A stretch of 64,000 nucleotides of DNA from Bacteroidota bacterium. GTDB taxonomy: Bacteria; Bacteroidota; Bacteroidia; B-17B0; Aurantibacillaceae. The number at the start of each line of letters is the position of its first letter. Positions within the stretch are counted from its first letter, which is position 1. Below, in pieces: positions 30,547 to 40,230 of the stretch. The stretch lies in the NCBI GenBank assembly GCA_040386615.1, contig JAZKFC010000021.1:220466-284465 (forward strand), read 5' to 3'. Both the position numbers and the translations under genes were made by a program. The notes beneath the pieces are model-generated. The model was given only the letters and a program-made list of their open reading frames with translations. It was not told the DNA's origin and made no database searches.

Positions 30547-31509
30547 CTATTTCTTTTCCTCTTTCGCTTTTTTCTTAAAATATCTTTTCAACGGAAAACT
30601 ATGTTGCAGTCCTTCCAGGTCTTCATCCAGCTTTTTTGAGCCTGTTTCAAGGTTCTTTAAACTGGCCTTTAAACTCGCGCCGGCTTCTTCGTCACGCAAT
30701 AAAACTCCCGCCGGGGTTTTTGGGTTTTTAGAAGCGGTTTTTAATTCGGATATAAACGCTGCGGCGGTATCGGCCACCTTGTTCAGTTCCATCACGGTAG
30801 ATCTTATAGAATTAAAAATCGTGGTATCTGAAACCAGGTCGTTGGCCAGGGTTCCTTTTTTATTTAATTTAGCCGTAAAGGCGTTCAGGGAGGCGATCAG
30901 GTTCTGTGCCTTGTCTGACGCGTTTTTGAGGGAAGCGCTGGTCGCGGCAATGTTCGTGTAGATCGCATCGTCGTTTAATAATTTGCCTATCGTTCCCTGT
31001 CCATTAGCCATTTTTTTACTGATGCTTTTAAAATCGTTGGTGATGGCCAGGATGTTCACGTTGTTCTCCTGCAAAGTATTGATCATGTCTTCTGAAGTAA
31101 ATGTTTTCTCAACCCTGAGTGTATCGTCATCATCCACCTCTTCGGCTTTTGAGGATCCTCCGTAGATCACCAGGATCTTGTTGCCAATCAGTCCATCGGC
31201 GCTTACCTTTACCTTGGCGTCCTTGCGAATATACTGTTGCGACTTCTCATCAATGTTCATCACCACCTTTACCTTTGAATCGCCGTAGAACTGCACCCTT
31301 TTAACGGTGCCTATCTTCACGCCTGAGAACCAGATATTATTGCCTTGTTGCAAACCATTCACATCGTCGAAAATAGCGGTAAGGTTCATCTTTTTCGAAA
31401 AGGTCTTGTGTAGGTTACCAATGGTCAATATTCCTCCAATAAGAAATACTATGCCGAGTAAAACAAAAACGCCGACTATAATTGCGCGTTTATTTGGAGA
31501 TTCGTTCAT
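30547..31509 (-). CDS. MlaD/MCE-domain protein
   Basis: N-terminal TM anchor, MCE domain (GLQQGNNIWFSGVKIGTV) and a long helical C-terminus. Last gene of the Mla-like operon. Confidence 0.75.
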   Translation of the reverse strand: MNESPNKRAIIVGVFVLLGIVFLIGGILTIGNLHKTFSKKMNLTAIFDDVNGLQQGNNIWFSGVKIGTVKRVQFYGDSKVKVVMNIDEKSQQYIRKDAKVKVSADGLIGNKILVIYGGSSKAEEVDDDDTLRVEKTFTSEDMINTLQENNVNILAITNDFKSISKKMANGQGTIGKLLNDDAIYTNIAATSASLKNASDKAQNLIASLNAFTAKLNKKGTLANDLVSDTTIFNSIRSTVMELNKVADTAAAFISELKTASKNPKTPAGVLLRDEEAGASLKASLKNLETGSKKLDEDLEGLQHSFPLKRYFKKKAKEEKK

Positions 31510-31512
31510 GAT

Positions 31513-32292
31513 TTATTGTATAAAATTGTAATTAAAAAATTGCTGCACCCTTTCGTCTTCGTTTTCAAACACCTCTTCAAAACTGCCTACCTTCAAAAAT
31601 TTCCCGTCAAGGAGCATTGCTATGCGGTTGCCCGTAACTTTGGCGCAGGTAAGATCGTGCGTGATAATGATGGAACTGGTTTTATATCTTTGTTGCACGT
31701 CGTTGATCAGGTCGTTGATCTCTATCGACGTTATAGGATCGAGACCCGAGGTAGGCTCATCGTACAGCATAATTTCGGGTTTAAGGATCAGAGTGCGGGC
31801 GATGCCGATCCTTTTGCGTTGCCCGCCCGAGAGGTCAGAGGGCAGCTGGTTGATCTTTTCAGAAAGGCCAACCGCTTCGAGCACTTCTTCCACCGCTGCG
31901 TCTATTTCTTTTTTGCCAAGGTGTTTAAAATTCATCCTTAATGGAAAAGCCAGATTCTGTCGCACGTTCATACTGTCGTAAAGTGCGCTGTTCTGAAATG
32001 AAAATCCGATCTTCAGCCGCAAGGCGTCGAGTTCTTTTCCTTTGAGTTGCGCCACAGGTTGCCCGAGCACGCTTACTGCGCCGCTGTCGGGTTTCAAAAG
32101 ACCCACCAGGATCTTGATCAATACAGATTTACCCGTACCCGATCGACCCAATACGGCCACGTTTTCACCGCGGTAAACATCCAGGTCTACACCACGCAAA
32201 ACATGAAGGGCCCCAAATGACTTATAAAGGTTGCGCACAGAGATCACCGCCTCATTTCTGTCAATTATATCTAAATCGTTGTGCGCTTCCAT
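31513..32292 (-). CDS. ABC transporter ATP-binding protein (MlaF-like)
   Basis: Walker A GRSGTGKS, signature LSGGQRKR and Walker B MLYDEPTSGLD. Confidence 0.88.
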   Translation of the reverse strand: MEAHNDLDIIDRNEAVISVRNLYKSFGALHVLRGVDLDVYRGENVAVLGRSGTGKSVLIKILVGLLKPDSGAVSVLGQPVAQLKGKELDALRLKIGFSFQNSALYDSMNVRQNLAFPLRMNFKHLGKKEIDAAVEEVLEAVGLSEKINQLPSDLSGGQRKRIGIARTLILKPEIMLYDEPTSGLDPITSIEINDLINDVQQRYKTSSIIITHDLTCAKVTGNRIAMLLDGKFLKVGSFEEVFENEDERVQQFFNYNFIQ

Positions 32293-32293
32293 T

Positions 32294-33103
32294 TTAATAT
32301 AACCTGATCCAGTTGCTTACCTGTACGATCACTACTTCTTCTACAAATACCAGGAACATAGACAACACAACAGCCTGGTTGGCAGCGCGTCCCACGCCCT
32401 GTGTGCCCTGCGTGGCGTTGTATCCTTTGTAACAACCCACCATGCCGATAGTAAATCCAAATACCAGGGATTTAACAACTGAAGTGAACAGGTCCAGAAA
32501 AGTAATGGTTTCGAAACCGTGCTCAAAAAAACTAATAAAACTTGTTGAGTCGTTCGCATTCACGTTAACAAAAGCGCCGAGCAATCCCATAAACGCGCAA
32601 TAAAGCGCCAATACCGGAACAGTTATCATGGTGGCGAACACCCTTGTAACCACAAGGTATTTAAAGGGATTGATAGCCGACACCTCCATCGCGTCTATTT
32701 GTTCGGTTACCCGCATTGAACCTAATTCAGCGCCAATACTTGATCCTATTTTACCGGCGCAGATCAGGGCTGTTACCAGTGAGGCCAGAGCCCGAACAAT
32801 GGCGATAGAGATCAGGGAAGGCAACCAGGAAGTAGCGCCGAAGGTTTCTAATGAAGGTCTTGATTGTTTGGTAAACACAATACCGGTGATAAAACCCGTT
32901 AAGGTAATGAGCGGCAAGGATTTTAATCCTACTTCAAAAGCCTGGTGGATCACCTCCCTGAAATAAACAGGTGATTTAAAGGCTTCCTTCCAGAAAAATC
33001 CGATAAACTTGTAAGCGTCGTGTATTCCTTTAAAATAATCGTCGACGCCTTTTGAAAATACATACTGCCGGGGCTTTGAATTGATCATATTTCCTGACTT
33101 CAA
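32294..33103 (-). CDS. MlaE-family ABC permease
   Basis: Multi-TM protein with the RVTEQIDAME motif typical of MlaE/YrbE permeases. Confidence 0.82.
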   Translation of the reverse strand: MKSGNMINSKPRQYVFSKGVDDYFKGIHDAYKFIGFFWKEAFKSPVYFREVIHQAFEVGLKSLPLITLTGFITGIVFTKQSRPSLETFGATSWLPSLISIAIVRALASLVTALICAGKIGSSIGAELGSMRVTEQIDAMEVSAINPFKYLVVTRVFATMITVPVLALYCAFMGLLGAFVNVNANDSTSFISFFEHGFETITFLDLFTSVVKSLVFGFTIGMVGCYKGYNATQGTQGVGRAANQAVVLSMFLVFVEEVVIVQVSNWIRLY

Positions 33104-33298
33104 TGTTCTTTTAAAGACTCACTCACTGGTAGAAATGTGATGCCAGTGTTAAGCGGGCCCGGTGGGGATATAAATCCACAGTTAATAAACCGGAGGGAGA
33201 TTTTGTAATGAAATGATCAATCGCGCGGATAATTGATTTAAGAATGCCGAATTAATTCCATGAATTTTTAAATGCCGCCTTCATATTTCAGAAAGCAC

Positions 33299-33727
33299 TT
33301 ATTCAGCCTCCACAACTTTCTTCAGGTTTTCAAGTGTCATGTTCCAGTTTTTTATGGCGTGTTCTTTTTCTTCTTCGCTGGCGATGTTATCCTGTGTTAA
33401 GGTCACAGTGGTTTTTCCATCGTTGTCACTTAATTCGTATGTAACCAGGTTATAGTTTTCCGGCATATCCACTTTGCCACCCATTGAACTCCAGTAGGTG
33501 CTTTGAAATATTTTACCGGGCTCAAATTTGATGATTTTTCCTTTGTCTTTGTAAGATTTACCCTCGTACTCACCTTCGTAGGTGATGGTACTCCCTTCTT
33601 TCCAGTCGGTTTTAACGTCGGTGCCGAACAGATACTTTTTAATAAGTTGTGGGCTTGTAATCGCTGTCCATACTTTTGCGGGGCTCGCATTTATTTCAAT
33701 GGAAATCTGCGCTTCGATATTTTTCAT
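33299..33727 (-). CDS. SRPBCC (AHSA1-like) family protein
   Basis: 142 aa. VW.A.T.P..I.KY at the N-terminus and a C-terminal helix, typical of Aha1-domain SRPBCC proteins. Confidence 0.68.
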   Translation of the reverse strand: MKNIEAQISIEINASPAKVWTAITSPQLIKKYLFGTDVKTDWKEGSTITYEGEYEGKSYKDKGKIIKFEPGKIFQSTYWSSMGGKVDMPENYNLVTYELSDNDGKTTVTLTQDNIASEEEKEHAIKNWNMTLENLKKVVEAE

Positions 33728-33788
33728 TTACCGTTTTAACTAGTTTAAACAATTCATGAAAATATTATGCCATTTCAGAACAGTATTT

Positions 33789-35495
33789 CTATCTGGCTAT
33801 GACGAGCCTTCGGGCAACTATTGACTTGTTGCCTATTCCTGTAACAACATACAAACCTTCACTGAGATCGGCAATGCACAGAGAATAGCCGTTCTCGCCG
33901 TTTAAAACCAGTTGGCGGACTACAGCCCCCTGTTCATTTACAATTCTTACTTCCATGGCTTCGGTGCTAGTCACATAAAAAAAGCCATTGCCCGGGTTGG
34001 GGAAAATCTTTAATGCATCCCAGCTTTGTTCAAGGATACCGGTGCATTCTGAAATCACCTGCGTGATATTTGCCGAAGCAGTGCAACTATTCAACGCCAC
34101 GCCGGTTACCGTAAAAACTGTAGTAATGCTGGGTGTTACGAGGATGACGTTGCTCTGGGCACCATTACTCCAAAGGTATGAATTTGCCCCGTTTGCTGCG
34201 AGCGCCACTGCTTCGCCAACACATGCCACCGGCGAGGTGCTCGTGACATTCACTGTTGGATTTTGCAGAACAGTGATGGTAATGCTGGCGTTCCTTGCAG
34301 GACAGCCGGGGTTTTGACCGCGTACCGTGAACGTTGTGGTACTGCCCGGCGAAACAGTCACAGAGGATGCAACTGTAAGTCCAGGATTCCAGGTATAACT
34401 AGTAGCGCCGGTCGCGCTGATTGAAACTGAATTTCCTGAACAAACCGCATTTGTGCTGCTGATTAATGTAATAGTAGGGATCATACTTACGGTCAGTAAA
34501 ACAGAAGTTGTTCCGGTACAGGCACCAAATGAGCCGGTGACTGAATAGTTTGTTGTTACCATGGGATTCACCATAACGTTCGCTGTTGTAGCGCCATTGC
34601 TCCATGTATAGGTGCCCGCCCCGCTTACATGCAAAACACCATTGTTGCCTGAACATATCGCGGTGGGTGTGGTGCTGGCGGTTAACGACAAGGTTGCGGA
34701 TGTGCCCAGCACATACGTTTGTGTTGAGGAACATGATTGACCGTTTGTGATGGTAACGCTATAGGTGCCTGCTGTAGCGGTGGTAATACTGTTGCTTGTT
34801 TGTCCGCTTGACCAGAGAAATGAGTAAGGACCCTGTCCGGAGATCTGGCCTGTAAGCGTTGCGTTACTGCCAGGACAGATATTCACAGGAAAACTGTTGA
34901 TGATCACGGTCGGTTGCCCAATGTTAACTGTAGATGCTCTCAAAGTTGTGCAGCCATTTGTGGCGGTAATAATACAACTATACGTGGTGGTGACCGCAGG
35001 CGAAACTGAAATTGAAGTGGAGGTGGCGCCTGTTGACCAGCTGTATGTAAATAAAGCGTTGCCTGGTCCGGAGGGGTTAAGATTGATGCTGACCGCCGAA
35101 CCTCCCAGGCAACTGTTGACGTTTGCGGGATTGATGTTCACGTCGGGAGAGCGCAAAACCAAAACAGTCTGACTAAAAGCCGCGCTTGTTCCGTTAGCAT
35201 TTGTTGCCACCAGGGTAATCGTATAAGTACCCGGAAAAATAAAGACCGCCGTGGGATTTTGACTGGTTAAAACCGTGACACCTCCTGGCCCGAATCCCGC
35301 AATGGCCACAGTGTACGACCATGCGCTGGGTGAGTTGGAAGACAGATCGGTAATTTGCACCGCGTTGTTATTATTGGTACATGCAGGATTGGCACTCACT
35401 GAAAAATTCGCGACAGGCACCTGGCTCTGCATGGCAAGGGGAACAAAACAACAGGTAAATAACATTGTGGCAAGGAGAAAATATTTTTTTTTCAT
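33789..35495 (-). CDS. T9SS-sorted surface protein with tandem Ig-like (SprB/PKD-like) repeats
   Basis: Signal peptide, about six Cys-containing repeats of about 75 aa, and a C-terminal sorting tail (KIFPNPGNGFFYV...GLYVV). Confidence 0.72.
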   Translation of the reverse strand: MKKKYFLLATMLFTCCFVPLAMQSQVPVANFSVSANPACTNNNNAVQITDLSSNSPSAWSYTVAIAGFGPGGVTVLTSQNPTAVFIFPGTYTITLVATNANGTSAAFSQTVLVLRSPDVNINPANVNSCLGGSAVSINLNPSGPGNALFTYSWSTGATSTSISVSPAVTTTYSCIITATNGCTTLRASTVNIGQPTVIINSFPVNICPGSNATLTGQISGQGPYSFLWSSGQTSNSITTATAGTYSVTITNGQSCSSTQTYVLGTSATLSLTASTTPTAICSGNNGVLHVSGAGTYTWSNGATTANVMVNPMVTTNYSVTGSFGACTGTTSVLLTVSMIPTITLISSTNAVCSGNSVSISATGATSYTWNPGLTVASSVTVSPGSTTTFTVRGQNPGCPARNASITITVLQNPTVNVTSTSPVACVGEAVALAANGANSYLWSNGAQSNVILVTPSITTVFTVTGVALNSCTASANITQVISECTGILEQSWDALKIFPNPGNGFFYVTSTEAMEVRIVNEQGAVVRQLVLNGENGYSLCIADLSEGLYVVTGIGNKSIVARRLVIAR

Positions 35496-35628
35496 GTGGT
35501 GAAATATTATTTATTGGTATGACGCTGGCGAAGGTCGTAGGTTTAAATAAGAAAAAAAGGTCACACGAATATATTGATTTAATTGTCTGGCATTTAAAAT
35601 TAAAACCGGATCAACATTTTTTTGTTTC

Positions 35629-35669
35629 GTAACTTTTAAGTTACTAATTTTGCGTAACTCTAAAGTTAC
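35629..35669. promoter_or_regulatory. two 16-bp palindromic operator-like sites GTAACTnTAAAGTTAC
   Basis: GTAACTTTTAAGTTAC lies at 35629-35644 and GTAACTCTAAAGTTAC at 35654-35669, 25 bp centre to centre. The second ends 6 nt before the ATG of the SRPBCC-ArsR operon. Confidence 0.55.
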
Positions 35670-35674
35670 ATATT

Positions 35675-36121
35675 ATGAAGCGCGATCTTAAACTGGAATG
35701 GTTATACCCCAACACCTCTGATGAAGTCTGGCATTGCCTGACCGACCCTGAACTAATAGCCCAATGGCTGATGCCCAATGATTTTAAGCTGCTTGTTGGC
35801 CATCGTTTTCAATTCCGCTCCAAACCGGTTCCGGGCTGGAGTGGCATCGTTGATTGCGAGGTGATTGAAATAGTGCCCAATCAGAAACTGAGTTATACCT
35901 GGGTATCAGGAGCCAGGGCCGGCTCTAAGAACATTGATACATTGGTGACCTGGAAATTAACGCCAGAGAAAAACGGAACGAGACTGGTTCTGGAACATAC
36001 CGGCTTTAAAGGGTTCAGGGCATGGCTGATCAGCTACATGATGGGCAGTGGCTGGAAGAGCGGTATTGCCAAAGCATTTAAAAGTTTACTCCCGAAAAAT
36101 ACAAGTTATGAAAAAACCTAA
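35675..36121 (+). CDS. SRPBCC family protein
   Basis: 148 aa. VW..LTDPELIAQWLMPN motif. Overlaps the downstream ArsR gene. Confidence 0.7.
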   Translation: MKRDLKLEWLYPNTSDEVWHCLTDPELIAQWLMPNDFKLLVGHRFQFRSKPVPGWSGIVDCEVIEIVPNQKLSYTWVSGARAGSKNIDTLVTWKLTPEKNGTRLVLEHTGFKGFRAWLISYMMGSGWKSGIAKAFKSLLPKNTSYEKT

Positions 36122-36473
36122 AACCGATGTGTTCACCGCTATTGGTGATCCCACGCGGAGGAAGATACTCTTATTGCTGACCGCGGGCTCCCTGAGTATT
36201 AACATGCTCGCCGATAATTTCACGGTGAGCCGGCCCGCGGTTTCCAAACACATTAAAGCCCTGCAGGAAGCCGGGTTGATCGCGATTGAAGAGAACGGCA
36301 GGGAGCGGTATTGTTCACTTGATGCCGCCGGTTTCAGCGAGATCAGGAACTGGCTTGACTTCTACGAGAATTTCTGGGCACAGCGCATGGACCGCTTTGG
36401 CAGCCTTCTTAAAAAACAATTTGGCGAAGCTGAGAAAAAAATGAAAAAGAAACATAAAAAAAAGAAACACTGA
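36108..36473 (+). CDS. ArsR/SmtB-family transcriptional regulator
   Basis: FTAIGDPTRRKILLLL and SRPAVSKHIKAL (HTH). Start placed at ATG 36108, overlapping the upstream stop by 14 nt. Confidence 0.8.
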   Translation: MKKPKTDVFTAIGDPTRRKILLLLTAGSLSINMLADNFTVSRPAVSKHIKALQEAGLIAIEENGRERYCSLDAAGFSEIRNWLDFYENFWAQRMDRFGSLLKKQFGEAEKKMKKKHKKKKH

Positions 36474-36517
36474 ATCCCCACATGAAAAATAATTAAGCAA
36501 TAATTAAAACCAACAAC

Positions 36518-37093
36518 ATGAAAAAAAACATCATCGCAACAATTATCGGTACTATCATCCTTTTTGGATGGCAGGCACTTTCGTGGATGGCTTTGCCGGT
36601 TCACAACGACACTATGAAATATTCGGCCGGGCAACAGGAAGTCATGACAGCGCTTCAAAAGAACTTGCCTGCCAGCGGCACCTACTATTTGCCGGGCGCT
36701 GATCCTGCTGTGAAACTTTCTTCCGAAGAAATGGAAAGTTTTTACAAGGCACAAATTGGAAAACCCTGGGCACTTGTTTTTTACAACACTTCCTTTGAAG
36801 GGATGAGCCCTTCGAACATGATCAACGGCATTTTGCTCAACCTCTTATCGGTAGTACTGGTAATAGCTTTGTTGCACATGAGTAAAGCGAAGGAAAAACA
36901 ATTCGCGGCCATTTTTGGCCTGGTCATGATCCTGCCGGTTTTTGTGATTTTACAATCGGTGTTGCAAAACGCCAATTGGTGGTCTTTCCCCTGGCATTTC
37001 ATAAAAGGCACTATTGTCGATCTCATCTTCGGATGGTTATTGTGCGGGCTTTACCTTTCGTGGCATTTTAGGAAACTGAATATGAAAACCTGA
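36518..37093 (+). CDS. membrane protein, function unknown
   Basis: 191 aa with about four predicted TM segments. Confidence 0.5.
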   Translation: MKKNIIATIIGTIILFGWQALSWMALPVHNDTMKYSAGQQEVMTALQKNLPASGTYYLPGADPAVKLSSEEMESFYKAQIGKPWALVFYNTSFEGMSPSNMINGILLNLLSVVLVIALLHMSKAKEKQFAAIFGLVMILPVFVILQSVLQNANWWSFPWHFIKGTIVDLIFGWLLCGLYLSWHFRKLNMKT

Positions 37094-37152
37094 AACCACA
37101 GAGCGATTGTACCTTATGTGGTTCAAAAAACGTTCCTAAGCTGGTAAAAAAA

Positions 37153-37611
37153 CTACTGTTGAATATTTTTATATTTTGATTTATGCAAGTGCTGTGCTTC
37201 ATCAATAGAATGAGATACAGAAAGATCTTTTTCGTTCTTCGCCATTTCGCTGAGTTTCCTATAAAATTCAGCAAGGGTCTCCAACTCAGTTTCCGTCAAT
37301 TCTTCAACATCCACCAGCCGGTTGCTTGGTCCTTTCAGTGAAGCGATCAACTCGTTGAGTTTTAAGTGTACGGCTTTTGAATCTTTGTTCTGCGCCCTTT
37401 GAATGAGGAACACCATTAAAAATGTTACAATGGTGGTGCCGGTGTTGATCACCAGCTGCCAGGTATCTGAAAAACCAAAAAGAGGTCCGGTGATCAGCCA
37501 GCAGAGAATGGTGGTTACCGCGATGATAAACGCCGTTGTTGTACCGGTAAATACAGTGCAATAGTGGGAGATCCTTTCAAAAATATTGGGGTATTTTTTA
37601 TTTGTATCCAT
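37153..37611 (-). CDS. low-affinity iron permease family protein
   Basis: FSDTWQLVINTGTTIVTFLMVFLIQ..QN.D..A...KL.EL motif. Confidence 0.72.
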   Translation of the reverse strand: MDTNKKYPNIFERISHYCTVFTGTTTAFIIAVTTILCWLITGPLFGFSDTWQLVINTGTTIVTFLMVFLIQRAQNKDSKAVHLKLNELIASLKGPSNRLVDVEELTETELETLAEFYRKLSEMAKNEKDLSVSHSIDEAQHLHKSKYKNIQQ

Positions 37612-37787
37612 CGCTCATTTTTGATTTTAACTTTAGGGTTGTATAGACTGCCGGCATAATCAATTTCAATGCCGGCTCCATAAATTATCCTACGAATGTA
37701 AAAACAAAAATCTGCATTTCGCCGGTCACTTTTTTGTATACACCTGCTAACAGAAATTAATACCTTTGTGGCACAGTCAATTTAGTT

Positions 37788-38360
37788 ATGCCGGTAGTTT
37801 TAAGCGTCAAGAATATGGTTTGTCACCGCTGCGTTTTGGCTGTGGAAGGCATTCTTAAAGAAGAGAAGATTCAGTACCTGCAGGTGCTGTTCGGTGAGAT
37901 TCACCTTGGACAAGCGCTGAGTGCCCCACAAAAACAACAATTGTCGGCAAGGCTTAATAAAATTGGCTTTGAATTGATAGACAATCATCTTTCGGCCCTG
38001 ATTGAAAAAATAAAACAGCTGGTGATTAAAAAAGCCAGGAGCGAGGTGGACAAAAAAGACAAACCTCTGAATGTTTCGGCCTATCTCTCCGACAAACTGC
38101 ATTATGAATACACTTATTTAAGCAGCCTGTTTTCGTCGGTGGAGAGCCGCACTATTGAAAATTATTTTATAGAACAAAGAATAGAAAAAGCTAAAGAGTT
38201 GTTAATTTATGGCGACAAATCTCTCTCAGAGATCGCCTACGAACTTGAGTACAGCAGTACCGCGCATCTTTCGGCCCAGTTTAAAAAAGTAACAGGTCTC
38301 ACCCCTTCCCACTTTAAAACAGTAGGACTTCAAAAACGCAGGGCCCTTGACCAGGTCTGA
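37788..38360 (+). CDS. AraC-family regulator with N-terminal HMA-like (CxxC) domain
   Basis: VKNMVCHRCV (metal-binding CxxC in a ferredoxin-like context). C-terminal AraC HTH (SEIAYELEYSSTAHLSAQFKK.TG.TP). Confidence 0.8.
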   Translation: MPVVLSVKNMVCHRCVLAVEGILKEEKIQYLQVLFGEIHLGQALSAPQKQQLSARLNKIGFELIDNHLSALIEKIKQLVIKKARSEVDKKDKPLNVSAYLSDKLHYEYTYLSSLFSSVESRTIENYFIEQRIEKAKELLIYGDKSLSEIAYELEYSSTAHLSAQFKKVTGLTPSHFKTVGLQKRRALDQV

Positions 38361-38371
38361 TCACAAAATTT

Positions 38372-38401
38372 TATAACAGCTACCCAAAGTTGTATAACAG
38401 C
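38372..38401 (+). promoter_or_regulatory. direct repeat TATAACAGC x2, 21 bp apart (candidate AraC-type binding site)
   Basis: TATAACAGC lies at 38372-38380 and 38393-38401, between the AraC gene and the Cys-rich ORF. Confidence 0.4.
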
Positions 38402-38457
38402 GGCGTGCCCCTGTGCTTGTAATTTTGTATCGTCAAAAAATCAAAAAAATAAAAGAC

Positions 38458-38613
38458 ATGAAAACAAGATCGAATGTGGCTGAGGCCTCCAAATCAAATC
38501 CAAACTGCAATTGCGTGGTTTGTACCTGTGTTAACTGTAACTGTGGTTACGAAAGCAAAGCATCAGACTGCGGTTGCGGTACCTGCAACTGTGAGAACGG
38601 TTGCTCCTGCTAA
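38458..38613 (+). CDS. Cys-rich 51-aa protein (metallothionein-like)
   Basis: 12 Cys in 51 aa, arranged as CxC/CxxC (CNCVVCTCVNCNC...CGCGTCNCENGCSC). ATG at 38458. A hairpin terminator follows. Confidence 0.55.
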   Translation: MKTRSNVAEASKSNPNCNCVVCTCVNCNCGYESKASDCGCGTCNCENGCSC

Positions 38614-38620
38614 TTATCGG

Positions 38621-38647
38621 GCCGCTCCTTTCGGGGAGCGGCTTATT
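38621..38647 (+). terminator. intrinsic terminator-like hairpin
   Basis: GCCGCTCC-loop-GGAGCGGC followed by TTATT. Confidence 0.5.
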
Positions 38648-39145
38648 ACCTGAAACAGAATATCCCGATAACAATCGAATAGGCATCAAGGTAAGGCTTA
38701 GCTTTCCTTTTGGAACATAGCATAGTCGCATAATCGGAATGTTTTGACTTATCGTCGGCCTTTTGATTTTCTTCCGTTCTTTTCTCTTGAAATAAAAGAA
38801 CCAATCCCGATGGTTATCGGGACAAGGCTAAATAATATTTTGCTAAAACTCATCAGGTCTTCAAGCCGGAGTCTATGATCATGGCCCCACCTGCACACCA
38901 AGTCCTCACCCACGGCGGCCAGCATAGCCTCCACGCACATGCCTTTCCGAAAAAGCCGACAGACCAGCCCGACGCTTAAGACTTCGAAAGCTTTTTCGGA
39001 ACGCTTTTGATGTCCTGAGAGTTTTTACGCAAAATCTTATAAGGCCCACTCACCGTGTGGGCTTACGCGTAAAAATTTACGTGTTAACTTGACGCATATT
39101 CAATAGCAATCAGAACACTTCACAACATAACAACGATAAGAAAAA

Positions 39146-39247
39146 ATGGAAACTCCTACATCACCAAACCGCCCCACCAAAAGCTGCACCTGCAGTACCG
39201 ACAGTGAGGGAAAAAACTGCCTCTGCGGTTGTGTATGCTGTCATTAA
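39146..39247 (+). CDS. second Cys-rich micro-ORF (33 aa)
   Basis: METPTSPNRPTKSCTCSTDSEGKNCLCGCVCCH has 7 Cys plus a terminal His. It is below the ORF-track length cut-off and was found by eye. Confidence 0.35.
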   Translation: METPTSPNRPTKSCTCSTDSEGKNCLCGCVCCH

Positions 39248-39303
39248 AAAGCCGTTAAAAAAGATCATACCTGGATTTAAATAAAATTGCTAATTTTATT
39301 TGA

Positions 39304-39558
39304 ATGATGAACGCGCAACAGTATAACCTGCTGGAAATTGGTCCCAAAGCGGATTTGCTGTGGCCCGACGGCACATTCCCCGATCACCGGGTCGACAATG
39401 ATCATGCTATGGTGGTGATCTACAAACTTTATGATCTCTTTGTTGAAGTGCATTTTGATGTTAGCAGCAAGGACATTACTAAAATAAACGCACTGGATAC
39501 GGAGGAGGACATGGAGGGTTATTTGAACAGTGTAAGTTTGATTAAGCTGCTTCAATAA
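39304..39558 (+). CDS. hypothetical protein
   Basis: 84-aa ORF whose TAA overlaps the ATG of the glycosylase gene (TAATG), which suggests translational coupling. Confidence 0.4.
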   Translation: MMNAQQYNLLEIGPKADLLWPDGTFPDHRVDNDHAMVVIYKLYDLFVEVHFDVSSKDITKINALDTEEDMEGYLNSVSLIKLLQ

Positions 39559-40151
39559 TGGATAAGCTAAAATCCTCCTATTACTTAAATAATGATGTTG
39601 TTTTTCTTGCCAGGGACCTGATCGGAAAAACATTGTGCACGCGCATCAACAATAAACTCACCTGTGGTGTCATTACTGAAACAGAGGCCTATGCCGGCGT
39701 TACTGATAAGGCTTCGCATGCTTATGGTGGCAGAAGAACCAACAGAACAGAAACTATGTACAGCAAAGGCGGTGTGAGTTATGTGTATTTGTGTTATGGC
39801 ATTCACCGTTTGTTTAACATCGTTACAAATAAAAAAGATATTCCGCACGCCATATTGATACGCGCCATTTATCCAACCAAAGGCATCCCCGAAATTATAA
39901 AACGCCGAGGCCTCCCTCTTTCAGATAATTTATGTGTAGGGCCTGGCAAAGTGTCGCAGGCACTGGGAATTGACCTTATTCATAACGGTTTGTCCCTAAC
40001 AGGCAACCAAATCTGGGTACAGGATGATCATATAAAAATAAAACAAGAAGAGATCCTGGTGGGTACCCGCATAGGTGTTGATTATGCAGGCGAGGATGCA
40101 AAACTGCCTTATCGTTTCCTGACGACCAATTATCATTTTATAAAATCTTAA
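39558..40151 (+). CDS. mpg: DNA-3-methyladenine glycosylase (MPG/AAG family)
   Basis: LARDLIGK.L, ITETEAY, ASHAYGGRRT.RTE.MY and YVYLCYG.H motifs. Confidence 0.87.
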   Translation: MDKLKSSYYLNNDVVFLARDLIGKTLCTRINNKLTCGVITETEAYAGVTDKASHAYGGRRTNRTETMYSKGGVSYVYLCYGIHRLFNIVTNKKDIPHAILIRAIYPTKGIPEIIKRRGLPLSDNLCVGPGKVSQALGIDLIHNGLSLTGNQIWVQDDHIKIKQEEILVGTRIGVDYAGEDAKLPYRFLTTNYHFIKS

Positions 40152-40178
40152 CCTCATCAGGCTAAGCGTATTGCCAAA

Positions 40179-40197
40179 TTGCTATATAATATAGCAA
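40179..40197. promoter_or_regulatory. perfect 19-bp palindrome TTGCTATAT-A-ATATAGCAA, candidate SOS/LexA-type operator
   Basis: Perfect 9-bp arms, located 34 nt upstream of the imuA start codon. Confidence 0.45.
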
Positions 40198-40230
40198 ACA
40201 TCTGCTACTTTAAATAGCTAACTTTAAGGG

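Noticed and set aside
36048-36107. Longer ArsR start at 36048
   Set aside because: It would overlap the upstream SRPBCC gene by 74 nt. The ATG at 36108 gives the canonical ArsR N-terminus.
38749-38940. 63-aa minus-strand ORF between the two Cys-rich micro-ORFs
   Set aside because: There is no recognisable motif or start context. The region is better described as unexplained structured intergenic DNA.
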